Positions 37,181-47,458 of a DNA stretch of 64,000 nt are shown in pieces. Under the pieces are notes generated by a model, which was not told where the DNA came from, did no database searches, and worked only from the letters and a program-made list of their open reading frames with translations. Location: assembly GCA_910577505.1 (NCBI GenBank), contig CAJTLN010000001.1:385223-449222 (forward strand). Reading direction: 5' to 3'. The stretch is from an uncultured Bacilli bacterium. GTDB lineage: Bacteria > Bacillota_I > Bacilli_A > RF39 > UBA660. A program made the translations under genes and the position numbers. Positions within the stretch are counted from its first letter, which is position 1. The number at the start of each line of letters is the position of its first letter.

Positions 37181-38550
37181 GTGGTAATAATGAAAAAATG
37201 GTCTATTAGAATTTCTTTAGTAATAATATTTTTTAGTTGTTTAATTTTTACAAATATTTCAAACATAAAAGCTTTAGATGATAAAATTACTATTAATTTT
37301 AGAGTATATGATGAAAGTAATGGAAATGTATATAATGTTGGAAGTGAAGAAATACAAAAATTAGAAAGTTCTACTATTCAATATCATTTGCCTTCTTTAA
37401 GTAGTATTCTCGTTCTTCTGCGTCATATGGAAGAGTTACTAAAGTTGTAGGCAATTGGTATTTCCCCTCACATGACTGTCTTGAAGGAGCAAATGTTGAA
37501 TTTTCAAATGATTCATCACAAAAGACAATTACATATTGGGTAACCTGGTATTTGCCAGGAAGTGGAACAGGATCAGGTTCAAATCAAAGTGGTACAATTG
37601 ATCTGGGCGGTAGTGGTAGATATAGTTTGACCGAAACAATCGTATATCATTCTAATTATCCAAATGGGAAAGACTATACATATACTATTACTTACAAAGT
37701 AAAAGCATATACAACTATGTATAATAGCTTTAATCTTATTAAATCACTAGAGCAACTAAACTTTTCTGTCCCTGATGGATATACATTAAAATCTCCTATG
37801 TGGAGTACAAATAAAAATGGAGGCGGTACAGGATATAATTCGGGAGGTACTTTTGTGTTTTACCAATCAAATAACGGAAAAACAACCCATTTATATGCTC
37901 AATATAAACTTGATAGTATTAATGAAAATCCTATTAGTCCAATAAAATTAACATATATGGATGGAAAAACAGTATATACATCATCAACTCTTTTTGAAGG
38001 AGATACTGTAATCATAAAAAAATGTACAAACAACCATGATGGTTATACTTTTGTTGGTTGGGACACAGCTAACTCAGCACAAACGGTTGTTTATAGACCA
38101 GGAGAAAGTATTACTCTCGAAAAAGATACAACTTTATATGCTGTTTGGGAGAAAGAAACGTTAGATGGACAATATCAAGTAAAATGGTATGATGCAGACA
38201 CTGAAAAAGAGATAAAAGAACCAGCCATTAGAAATGGTACTATTGGAAATATAGTTACTGTAACTGAAGAAGATAAAATAATAGATGAATATATTTTTGA
38301 TGAAACTAATGAAAAGAATGTTCTAAGTAAAGAACTAACTAATTCAGAAACAATTCTAAAACTATATTTTAAAAAGAAAACCGATACATCAGAAACACCA
38401 AATGATTCAGAAGACCCAAATAAACCATCAACAGAAATAGAAAACCCTATAACAGGAGATAACTTAATATTAACAATACTAACTTTTACTATATCAGTAA
38501 TAACTATTACATTCATTAGTAAGAAATATAAAAAGATTAAAAGAATTTAA
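37181..38550 (+). pseudogene. Frameshifted cell-surface protein gene: signal peptide, Listeria-Bacteroides (Flg_new) repeats, MucBP-like C-terminal repeat, sorting-signal-like NPITGD plus TM plus basic tail.
   Basis: Frame 2 ORF 37181-37450 carries the signal peptide. Frame 1 is open from 37405 and carries the rest. The frames overlap at 37405-37450 with no homopolymer. Flg_new signature ...GYTFVGW...TLYAVWE. Confidence 0.5.
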
Positions 38551-38579
38551 GTCATAGAAAATATGACTTTTTTCTTTTT
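38550..38579 (+). terminator. Intrinsic terminator after the first surface-protein gene.
   Basis: agtcata-gaaaa-tatgact then TTTTTT. A near-identical element recurs at 41829-41852. Confidence 0.65.
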
Positions 38580-38749
38580 AAAATCGACAAAAAACGACAA
38601 TAATAAACATTTTTCTAATAAATAGGTATATAAAAATGTCATATGGGAAAAATATAAAAATAAGTAAATAGATGTATAAATAGTATCCTTTATATTGTAC
38701 AAGACAATTATTTGTTTTATACTTTAAATATAGTAGTGGAGTTGATTGT

Positions 38750-40042
38750 ATGAACAAAAAATCATTCATTTCAATTATTTTATTAGTCGGATTTTTATTT
38801 TTATCATTTGCAGTATTAATAAAAAAAGATAATATAAGTCTTAATAATGAATTAGATATACCATATAAAACTAAATACTCAGAAGAAGATGTTGAAACAA
38901 GTATAAGACCATTAGTAAATATTAACTCCAAAAATGATGAAGAATTAAGTCTTTCATCTTTAATTAAAGTAAAAGATTTTCAAGCAAAAGATAATTTACA
39001 GATGATTGCTGAAAAAACTCTTTCTTTTTCTCTTAAATATGATGCTAACGGAGGTTCAGAAGCACCATCAAATCAAACAGCAACATCTACTACAAGCAGT
39101 TATAATTTTATAATTTCCGATAAAGAACCAACAAGAAGTGGCTATGAATTCAAAGGTTGGTCTACTTCATCAACAGATCCATCTCCAAATTACCATGTTG
39201 GAGAAACAATTAATGTGACAGGAACAACAACACTCTACGCTGTTTGGGAAGCAATACCTAGATATTATAATTTAAAAAAGATATTTGTGGGACTAGATGA
39301 AATTGATGATAATTTCTATATGGACTATACTGCAACAGCAGGAGATAAAGAAATCTCAACGAGACTAGATTTAAAAAATGCTGAATTTATTGATGAAGAT
39401 ACTATGACAATAACGTGGAAAGCGCCATACTATTACAATACTGGATATAATAATCAAGTAGTAATAAAAGAACATAGTGATGTTATTGGATATTCATATC
39501 ATGCATCATCGTCCTCTGGAAGTACAGATAAGAATATTATAAGATTTACTCTTAGTTCAATGTTAAGTGGAGCAACAAGAACAATAACTAATTATTACCA
39601 AAAGGATATTTCTAATCAAACTACATACTTAGTAAAGTGGTATAATGCAGACACTGAAAAAGAGATAAAAGATTCAGACATCAGAAATGGTATTATTGGA
39701 AATATGGTTACTGTAACTGAAGAAGATAAAATAATAGATGAATATATTTTTGATGAAACTAATGAAAAGAATGTTCTAAGTAAAGAACTAACTAATTCAG
39801 AAACAATCCTAAAACTATATTTTAAAAAGAAAACTGATACCCCAGAAAATACAGATAATCCAGAAAATCCAGGAGCATCAGAAAATCCAGAAATACCAAA
39901 TGATCCAGAAGATCAAAATAAACCATCAACAGAAATAGAAAATCCTATAACAGGTGATAACTTAATATTAACAATACTAACTTTTACTATATCAATAATA
40001 ACTATGACATACTTTTGTAAAAAAATAACATATAAAGGATAA
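38750..40042 (+). CDS. Cell-surface protein with Flg_new (Listeria-Bacteroides) repeat, MucBP-like repeat and C-terminal sorting signal.
   Basis: Signal peptide MNKKSFISIILLVGFLFLSFAVL. LKYDANGGSEAPSNQ...GYEFKGW...TLYAVWE. C-terminal ENPITGDNLILTILTFTISIITMTYFCKK. Confidence 0.6.
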   Translation: MNKKSFISIILLVGFLFLSFAVLIKKDNISLNNELDIPYKTKYSEEDVETSIRPLVNINSKNDEELSLSSLIKVKDFQAKDNLQMIAEKTLSFSLKYDANGGSEAPSNQTATSTTSSYNFIISDKEPTRSGYEFKGWSTSSTDPSPNYHVGETINVTGTTTLYAVWEAIPRYYNLKKIFVGLDEIDDNFYMDYTATAGDKEISTRLDLKNAEFIDEDTMTITWKAPYYYNTGYNNQVVIKEHSDVIGYSYHASSSSGSTDKNIIRFTLSSMLSGATRTITNYYQKDISNQTTYLVKWYNADTEKEIKDSDIRNGIIGNMVTVTEEDKIIDEYIFDETNEKNVLSKELTNSETILKLYFKKKTDTPENTDNPENPGASENPEIPNDPEDQNKPSTEIENPITGDNLILTILTFTISIITMTYFCKKITYKG

Positions 40043-40165
40043 AAAAATCCTTTTTTATTTGGAAATCTTTTCTAATTAATAATGGATAATAATATCTTTA
40101 TCAAAATAAGAAATAATAATAGTAAGCTTTAACTACCTCACCTCAAAACATAAAGTTATCCACAG

Positions 40166-40194
40166 TTGACAAGTGGTCGGGGGGGGGGTAAAAT
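40166..40194 (+). promoter_or_regulatory. Promoter TTGACA-17-TAAAAT whose spacer contains a G10 homopolymer. Candidate slipped-strand phase-variation switch for the downstream surface-protein gene.
   Basis: ttgaca agtggtc gggggggggg taaaat. RBS AAGGAG at 40208-40213, ATG at 40221. G10 is extremely unexpected in this AT-rich sequence. Confidence 0.6.
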
Positions 40195-40220
40195 ATATTT
40201 AATAGTAAAGGAGTAGACAT

Positions 40221-41780
40221 ATGAAAAGAATAAAAAAAGTTATTTTTTTAAGTTTCTTATTGCTTATTAGTTTTTTTATTAATAGTCAAAATAATTTTTT
40301 GAAAGAAAACGTTATAAGAAACATTGATAGAAATAGTAATCAAAATTTGCCTTCAATTGTTAATGATGAAAATAGTATTATTCAACCACTAGCTTTAGTT
40401 CAAGGAGAAAGCTTTACTGTTAAAGTAGTTAAAGTTGTAAATGGAGCAATAGTAGATTCAAAAACCTTAACATCACGATGTTTACAATCAACAGGACACT
40501 CAGGATTTAATCATTCAACTAACTTGAGGAATCTTGCTAATCAATCAGGATTTTCTGGATACAAAGGGTACAATTGGAGCAAATATACTACAGTTCCTAG
40601 TTCTTATACAACTGGATTAGCACCTAATAATAATTATGCATCAATACATTATAATATAACAGGATCACCTCCATATAAAGGAGATGAAACATTATTTTTA
40701 TTCTTTGAAGCATCACATACATTTCAACTTAAATATGATGCTAACGGAGGTTCAGGAGCGCCAGATTCTCAAACAGCAACATCTACTACAAGCAGTTATA
40801 ATTTTATAATTTCTGATAAAGAACCAACAAGAAATGGCTATGAATTCAAAGGTTGGTCTACTTCATCAACATCTCCATCTCCAAATTACCATGTTGGAGA
40901 AACAATTAACGTGACAGGATCAACAACTCTATATGCTGTATGGGAGCGAGTCACAGAAAAAGTAACTCTAACATATATGGATGGAAAAGAAATTGTAGGA
41001 AATGTTGAAGAATACGAAAAAGGTTCAATAGTAAAGGTAAAATATAATGATAACAATCATGGACAAGCTTATATTTTTCGAGGTTGGGATACTGACCCTT
41101 CTGCTCAAAATGTAGTATATAAACCTAATGCAGAATTTACAATAACAGAAAATACAATTCTTTACGCTGTGTGGTATTTTGCACCAGACTTAGTCACTTT
41201 AGATTACAATCCTAATGGTGGTAAAGATGAACCAGGACTTCAAACAGAGTCATACAATGGAGATAGTGTAACTTTTTCTATTTCTAGAAAAGTACCAAAC
41301 AAAACAGGGTTTAAATTTCAAGGTTGGACTAATAATCAAAAAGATTTAGAAACACCTACTCATCAACCTGGAGGAAAAATAACAACTGATAATGATATAA
41401 TCCTATATGCAGTATGGGAAGAAAGATTAGAAACAGATTATGATTATAAAGTTGAATGGTATGATATAGAAGGTAACCTTATTCAAGAAATCGAAACAAG
41501 AACTGCTCCTCTTGGAGAAAAGATATATGTAAAAGAAGATGATAAAAAAATTGATGGATATATTTTTGCAGAAGATTTTGATAAAAATATTTTAACTGAT
41601 ACGTTAAAAGAACAAGATACGGTATTAAGATTATACTTTTACAAAGTTGAAGAAATCACAGAAAATCCAACAACAAGCGATAAAATAATACCTATCTCTA
41701 TAATAGTAATCTCTTTAATATTACTTATAATATATTTATCAAAGCATAAATTTGTTAGTAAATATTATTCTAACAATTAG
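40221..41780 (+). CDS. Cell-surface protein with three Flg_new repeats, a MucBP-like domain and a C-terminal TM anchor.
   Basis: Signal peptide. Repeats ...GYEFKGW...TLYAVWE, ...IFRGW...ILYAVW, ...FKFQGW...ILYAVWE. C-terminal NPTTSD plus hydrophobic segment plus KHK. Confidence 0.6.
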   Translation: MKRIKKVIFLSFLLLISFFINSQNNFLKENVIRNIDRNSNQNLPSIVNDENSIIQPLALVQGESFTVKVVKVVNGAIVDSKTLTSRCLQSTGHSGFNHSTNLRNLANQSGFSGYKGYNWSKYTTVPSSYTTGLAPNNNYASIHYNITGSPPYKGDETLFLFFEASHTFQLKYDANGGSGAPDSQTATSTTSSYNFIISDKEPTRNGYEFKGWSTSSTSPSPNYHVGETINVTGSTTLYAVWERVTEKVTLTYMDGKEIVGNVEEYEKGSIVKVKYNDNNHGQAYIFRGWDTDPSAQNVVYKPNAEFTITENTILYAVWYFAPDLVTLDYNPNGGKDEPGLQTESYNGDSVTFSISRKVPNKTGFKFQGWTNNQKDLETPTHQPGGKITTDNDIILYAVWEERLETDYDYKVEWYDIEGNLIQEIETRTAPLGEKIYVKEDDKKIDGYIFAEDFDKNILTDTLKEQDTVLRLYFYKVEEITENPTTSDKIIPISIIVISLILLIIYLSKHKFVSKYYSNN

Positions 41781-41828
41781 ATATATAATAAGAGTGTAAC
41801 AATAAAAACATAAACAAAATCTTAAAAA

Positions 41829-41852
41829 AGTCATATCACTATGACTTTTTTC
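41829..41852 (+). terminator. Intrinsic terminator after the third surface-protein gene.
   Basis: agtcata-tcac-tatgact then TTTTTT. Confidence 0.65.
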
Positions 41853-41929
41853 TATTGCAACAATCTATATTTCTTGAAGTTTTTCTATCTATAATTTATA
41901 CTATAAATATAGTAAAGTAGTGTGATTAT

Positions 41930-43633
41930 ATGAAAAAGAATTATTTGTTATTTGTACTTTTATTATTAATACCTTCACTTGTATTTGCCAACTCTAAATA
42001 TGAAATAAAAAGTTATGATACAGAAATAACAGTTAACAAAGACGATTTAATATATCACGATGTAGTAGAAGTTGATTTTAAAAATGAACTATTAATATTT
42101 TCTCGTGAGCTGCCAAAAAGTATTAAAGATTTAAAAGTCAGTGATGACTACATAATAAGTTCACCATATAATAAGGTTGTTGAAATAAGTATTTTTGACA
42201 TTGGTACTAAAGTAATTGATTATAATTATACAAATAATTATCAAAAAAAAGATAATGACATATATGAGCTAGAAATAAAAAATACTTTTGAAGATAATTT
42301 AAATAATATAAAATTTACTATTAATTTACTATCTCCAGTTAATAAAAATAATTTAGAATTTTATTTAAATGATCAAAAAATAGAAGACATCAATTATAAT
42401 ATAAAAGATAATAAAATAACAGGAGAATTAAGTTTACTAAAAGAAAACGAGTCTTTAAAAATTAAAATTAATTATGGCATTATATATTTAAATAATATTT
42501 CTATTATAGCAATAATTGTTCCTATCATATTATCATTATTATGTTTATTATTATGGTATATTTATGGAAAAGATCTTCGTATACCAATTGAAAAAGTATC
42601 AAAGATTTCTAATAAGTTTAATCCACTTGATGTATCTTTAATATCTAATGGTAAAGTAGAAGAAAGTGATACTTTCTATTTACTTCTATCTTTAGCTAAT
42701 AAAGGATATATAAAGATAGTTGAAAATTCTAATAATGATTACACTCTAATAAGAGATAAAAAATATGATGGAAAGAAATATAGTGAAGCAACTTTTATCA
42801 AAGAGTTATTTAAAAAAAGAGATTCTGTATCTTTAGCAGATTATGTAAATATAATATCTGAAAGAAAGAAAAGCAAAAAAACAATGGAATTAGAACAGGA
42901 AATAGGTATTAGTTCTTTAGCAACTAGATTTCATCAAGCAAGCAATACTGTTTTATCTATTATAAATACTCCAGAAGAACGAAATAAATATTTTGAAGAT
43001 ATATCAGAAAAAATGAAAATATTTTTAGTGCTTTCAATTGCAATAATATTAGTTTTAGTTACGTCATTACCTTTTATTGAAATAAATAACTTAGTGTTTT
43101 TGCCATTATCAGTAATTTTTAGTATAACAACATTATTCGTTTTAATGAAATTTGTAGAAACATATGATTTTAATAAGAAAAATAGCAAAATAACTATTTT
43201 AGTTATTTTATCTATTATAGTATTATTGATAATTTTAATTCCTTCCTTTAAAAGAAATCGTATATATTTATTAGCTTATTTAATTAGTTGCATAAGTGTA
43301 ACATTTATTCTTTTCTTATACAAATATATGCCAAAAAGAACTTTATATGGCACTAAAGAATATACTAAGATTGAAGGATTTAAATTATTTATAAAAGAAT
43401 TGTCTAATAAGGAATTAGATTCAATACTTGAACTTAATAATAATTATTTGTATGACATACTTCCTTATTCATATATGTTCAAATTAAGTGATCCAGTATT
43501 AAGAAAGCTAAAGGAAAGAAAATCTCAAGAGCCATCATGGTTTGTTTTAAAAGATTCCTTTTCTATTCAAAAATTACATAACGCAATGAATAGATTAAAA
43601 ATTATTTTGGAAGATTATGAAAAGAAGAATTAA
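41930..43633 (+). CDS. DUF2207-like membrane protein (signal peptide, extracellular domain, multiple TM helices).
   Basis: N-terminal signal LLFVLLLLIPSLVFA. Hydrophobic block mid-protein and three to four more TMs. Architecture typical of DUF2207. Tentative. Confidence 0.4.
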   Translation: MKKNYLLFVLLLLIPSLVFANSKYEIKSYDTEITVNKDDLIYHDVVEVDFKNELLIFSRELPKSIKDLKVSDDYIISSPYNKVVEISIFDIGTKVIDYNYTNNYQKKDNDIYELEIKNTFEDNLNNIKFTINLLSPVNKNNLEFYLNDQKIEDINYNIKDNKITGELSLLKENESLKIKINYGIIYLNNISIIAIIVPIILSLLCLLLWYIYGKDLRIPIEKVSKISNKFNPLDVSLISNGKVEESDTFYLLLSLANKGYIKIVENSNNDYTLIRDKKYDGKKYSEATFIKELFKKRDSVSLADYVNIISERKKSKKTMELEQEIGISSLATRFHQASNTVLSIINTPEERNKYFEDISEKMKIFLVLSIAIILVLVTSLPFIEINNLVFLPLSVIFSITTLFVLMKFVETYDFNKKNSKITILVILSIIVLLIILIPSFKRNRIYLLAYLISCISVTFILFLYKYMPKRTLYGTKEYTKIEGFKLFIKELSNKELDSILELNNNYLYDILPYSYMFKLSDPVLRKLKERKSQEPSWFVLKDSFSIQKLHNAMNRLKIILEDYEKKN

Positions 43634-43737
43634 TATGAAATGAACTATTTTGAGTTCACATCAAATAATTCTTCTTTTTATATTTTTTAAAATAGTATGA
43701 CATGGTATAATAACATATATAGTAGGGTGGGATATAT

Positions 43738-45987
43738 ATGTCTTTTTTATTATTGTTGTTAGTAGTACTTATTGCCATAGAAAATTCCAAATTAAAAAAG
43801 GAAAATATTGAATTAAAAGAAAGACTAAATAACTGGAATCAAGCAAGATTATCTAATAATTATTCAGTATTTCAAAGGACTAATAATACTCAATCAATGC
43901 CTGTTAATGTACAAACTGAAATACAGAACAATCAAAATCAACTTTCTATTTCAAAAAACAATCAAATACAAAAGAAACAATCGCCATCAGCTCTTTTTAT
44001 TATTGGAGCAATTCTAGTAATATTTGCATCCATAATATTTTTATCATCATCATGGATGTTTTTGCCAGGAATAATAAAAACTGTTTTTTTAATAATTCTT
44101 CAATTTATTTTTGGCTTTTTATCAAAAATGTGCCTTGAAAAGTTTTCACTAGATAAGGCTTCTAAAGCTTTTAAATACATTTTTTTAGCTTTCATTCCAG
44201 TTGTTTTACTATCTTTATCATTTTTTGAATTAGTTGGTTATTTCTTATCAATAGGATATGATGGTTTTACATTATATATATCTTTAACCTTTGTCATAAC
44301 ATCTATAATATATAAGTATATTGCTAAAAAAGAAAGTGACTTATTTTTAAATATAATTAGTTTAATTTGTGAAATTTTATCACTAACATTTGCAGTTATT
44401 TTCTTTGAATTTGACATTTTTACATATTTATTAATAATATCAATTTATAATATTATCATTTCTATTCTTTTACAAAAAAATTATTTAGATAAGAGAATTT
44501 ATGAAAAAATAAATCAAATAATGATATATTGTACTTTAATATTTTTAACCTTTTCACTTACATATGGTAAAATAATCTCTCACATAAATGTTATTATTTA
44601 CACAATATATTTCTTATATAATGCCATAAAGTCATCAGAAAAGAAAGAAAAGAAAAAATATACAATATTAAGCTTAATAGGATATACACTTTCTATAAAT
44701 ATAATTAATTTATTACTAAATAATACAGTCTACATAATAAGTTTAATTGCTATATTACCTTTATTTTTATTCAATAAACTTATTCAAGAAGATTATTTAA
44801 AGAAAATTATTATTAACGGAGCAGGTATAATTACTTCTATTATTTTAATATTTATAATTTTTAATCCAGAGAAAACTATAATCTTTATTTTGTCTTTCTT
44901 AATATCGACAATTATTTATGTTATTACATTGTTCTTAAGTAAAAATAATGCATATAAATATTTATCATATTTTAGTTTCTTGTTATTTTTAGCAGCAATT
45001 AACTATATAACAGAAATTGAGACTTTTGGAAAATATATTCCTTTAATAGTAGCATCGATTATCTATTTATTTGAAAGTATTCTTCCTTCTTTAAAAGACT
45101 CAGCATCAAATATAATTATAATTCTACTTATAACTTTAGAATCTATACTTCTGATAAATTCGTATTCAGTTTTAATACCTTTAATATTATTAATTATTTT
45201 TGTAATTACTGAGAAAGAAAAGGATGCCTGTTTAATAGTTCCAATCCTATGTGCATTATCAATCATTTTTATAAAAGATAATATAGTACCTAAGACATTT
45301 GGCTTCTTGACTTCCATTTCTTTAAGTTCAATATCTATTTATAAAAAGAAAGTTAATCAATATTCAATATTATCTCTAATTTATTTCTTTACAATAACAG
45401 TAGCATTTGACTATCCAATAGAAATTCTATTTTTATTAATCCTTATATGGAGTATAACTCATTTTATAATTAACAAAGGAGATAGCAAATTCTATAAAAT
45501 AACAGCTATTATTAGTTTTTTAGGTTTATATACATCTCTTTTACTTAACTCTAACATAGAAATAATATCTTTATATGCTGTTGGTTACTATTTTGGTTTA
45601 ATTTATACAACTAGATACATAATAAAAGATGATTTTATCGATTGTAAGTTTTTAGAATATTATGGATTTTCTATAATAACTTTAATAAGTTTAATAAATA
45701 TTGAATTTATCTATGACGGACTTTTATTAACTATAACTTTAATTGCAATAAGTTTCTTAAGTTACGCATTAAAATATAATTCATATTTTAAAGTATCAAA
45801 TATTTTTATATTTATTAATTTGCTTTTTCTAACGTCTAAATATCTATTCCAAATTCCATGGTATATATATATTTTAATTATTGGCTGCACATTCTTATCA
45901 TACGCTATTTATGATGAAAAAAAGAAAAAACAAGATAGCAGAAATAAATTTAATAAAAATAATAACGAATATATTTATAAAAAATAG
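43738..45987 (+). CDS. Large polytopic membrane protein (hypothetical), ~20 predicted TM helices.
   Basis: 749-aa ORF dominated by hydrophobic helices. N-terminal coiled-coil/Q-rich segment. Confidence 0.4.
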   Translation: MSFLLLLLVVLIAIENSKLKKENIELKERLNNWNQARLSNNYSVFQRTNNTQSMPVNVQTEIQNNQNQLSISKNNQIQKKQSPSALFIIGAILVIFASIIFLSSSWMFLPGIIKTVFLIILQFIFGFLSKMCLEKFSLDKASKAFKYIFLAFIPVVLLSLSFFELVGYFLSIGYDGFTLYISLTFVITSIIYKYIAKKESDLFLNIISLICEILSLTFAVIFFEFDIFTYLLIISIYNIIISILLQKNYLDKRIYEKINQIMIYCTLIFLTFSLTYGKIISHINVIIYTIYFLYNAIKSSEKKEKKKYTILSLIGYTLSINIINLLLNNTVYIISLIAILPLFLFNKLIQEDYLKKIIINGAGIITSIILIFIIFNPEKTIIFILSFLISTIIYVITLFLSKNNAYKYLSYFSFLLFLAAINYITEIETFGKYIPLIVASIIYLFESILPSLKDSASNIIIILLITLESILLINSYSVLIPLILLIIFVITEKEKDACLIVPILCALSIIFIKDNIVPKTFGFLTSISLSSISIYKKKVNQYSILSLIYFFTITVAFDYPIEILFLLILIWSITHFIINKGDSKFYKITAIISFLGLYTSLLLNSNIEIISLYAVGYYFGLIYTTRYIIKDDFIDCKFLEYYGFSIITLISLINIEFIYDGLLLTITLIAISFLSYALKYNSYFKVSNIFIFINLLFLTSKYLFQIPWYIYILIIGCTFLSYAIYDEKKKKQDSRNKFNKNNNEYIYKK

Positions 45988-46083
45988 TGTAGATATCTAA
46001 ATTGTTTTTTCATTTATCTCTATACAAATTTGACAAAGTTAAGTATAATAATATAGAGAGTAGAAAGATACGGAGGTACATCT

Positions 46084-47409
46084 ATGAACATAGTTATTCC
46101 AAAACCAGTTAATGAAGTATTAAATGTTATCAACGAAAATGGCTATGAAGCATATATAATAGGTGGAGCAGTACGAAATTGGGTTATGGGATTAAAACCA
46201 TCTAATTATGATATAAGTACCGACGCCGAATTAACTGCAGTAAAGAAAGCTTTAAAAGATTATAATACATTTTTTTGTGGAGTAGGTAACTCTCGTTTAG
46301 GAATTGTAAACTCTAAATTTCCAATGGAAGTATCAAAGTATCGTACTCGCGAGAATACTTTAGAATCTGATTTAGCATCACGTGATTTCACAATGAATGC
46401 CTTGGCTTATTCAGATGAAGATGGTTTAATAGATTACAGCACAGGGTTACAGGATATAAAAAATAAAATAATTAGACTTAATGGTGAAGACGATAAAGTT
46501 TTTCAAGAAGATCCATTACGTATATTAAGAGCAATTCGTTTATCAGCCGAGTATGGAATGAAAATAGATACTCAAACTCAAAGATTTATGAATGAAGATA
46601 AAGAATTATTAGCTGATGTAGCAAACGAACGTATAAGAGATGAACTATCTAAATTGCTAGTCGTTCCTCGCTGTGAATTTTATCTAAAAAAATATTTTGA
46701 GATAATACTAGAAGTATTACCAGAGTTATCTTTATTAGAAAACTTTAATCAAAATGATCCTCATCATATTTATGATGCTCTTGAACATACTTTTGTATCT
46801 TTAAAATCAGTAGAGCCAAAATTAGAATTACGATTAGCTATGTTATTCCACGACATATCAAAACCATTCACATATACCAAAAATAGTAACGGAACTGCAT
46901 ACTATAAAGACCATGGTAAAAAAAGTTCTGATATGGCAAGAGAAATAATGAATCGTTTGAAATTTAGTAAAAAAATAATTCAACGTGTTACTAAATTAAT
47001 TGAATATCATGATTATGAAATACCAGATAATGATGCTAAGATTAAACAATTTTTGACTAAGTTTGGAACAGAAGACATAGATGATTTATTCAAAGTGAAA
47101 AAAGCCAATTGGTATGCTAAAAATCCAGCATATAGTTCTGAAATAAGCAAACTAGAAAATGATTACAATAGATTAAAAAAATCAACAAGAAAAACTTCCT
47201 TCATTAAAAAGAATGAAATTAAAATTGATGGTAGTGATTTAATTAGCCTTGGTGTAGAACAAGAAAATGTTGGAGAAGTAATAAATAGAATTTATTATGA
47301 TATTTTAGCTAATAATGTAAAAAACAATCATGAGAAATTGATTGATTATGTTATAAATGAGATTCTTCCAAAAGGCTATGATGAAGATTTATTTAAAGAA
47401 ATAATATAG
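46084..47409 (+). CDS. cca: CCA-adding tRNA nucleotidyltransferase (PolyA-pol head domain plus HD domain).
   Basis: IIGGAVRNWVMGLKPSNYDISTD (nucleotidyltransferase head), RDFTMNA, and HD-domain HDISKP. Confidence 0.8.
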   Translation: MNIVIPKPVNEVLNVINENGYEAYIIGGAVRNWVMGLKPSNYDISTDAELTAVKKALKDYNTFFCGVGNSRLGIVNSKFPMEVSKYRTRENTLESDLASRDFTMNALAYSDEDGLIDYSTGLQDIKNKIIRLNGEDDKVFQEDPLRILRAIRLSAEYGMKIDTQTQRFMNEDKELLADVANERIRDELSKLLVVPRCEFYLKKYFEIILEVLPELSLLENFNQNDPHHIYDALEHTFVSLKSVEPKLELRLAMLFHDISKPFTYTKNSNGTAYYKDHGKKSSDMAREIMNRLKFSKKIIQRVTKLIEYHDYEIPDNDAKIKQFLTKFGTEDIDDLFKVKKANWYAKNPAYSSEISKLENDYNRLKKSTRKTSFIKKNEIKIDGSDLISLGVEQENVGEVINRIYYDILANNVKNNHEKLIDYVINEILPKGYDEDLFKEII

Positions 47410-47458
47410 GAGTGTTAACACTCCTTTTTATGTATAAAAAAAGACAACATTGTTGTCT

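Noticed and set aside
38578-38931. 117-aa minus-strand ORF overlapping the terminator and the 5' end of the second surface-protein gene.
   Set aside because: It is low-complexity and AT-rich, antisense to a well-supported gene start with signal peptide and RBS, and has no RBS or motif. Most likely a chance ORF.
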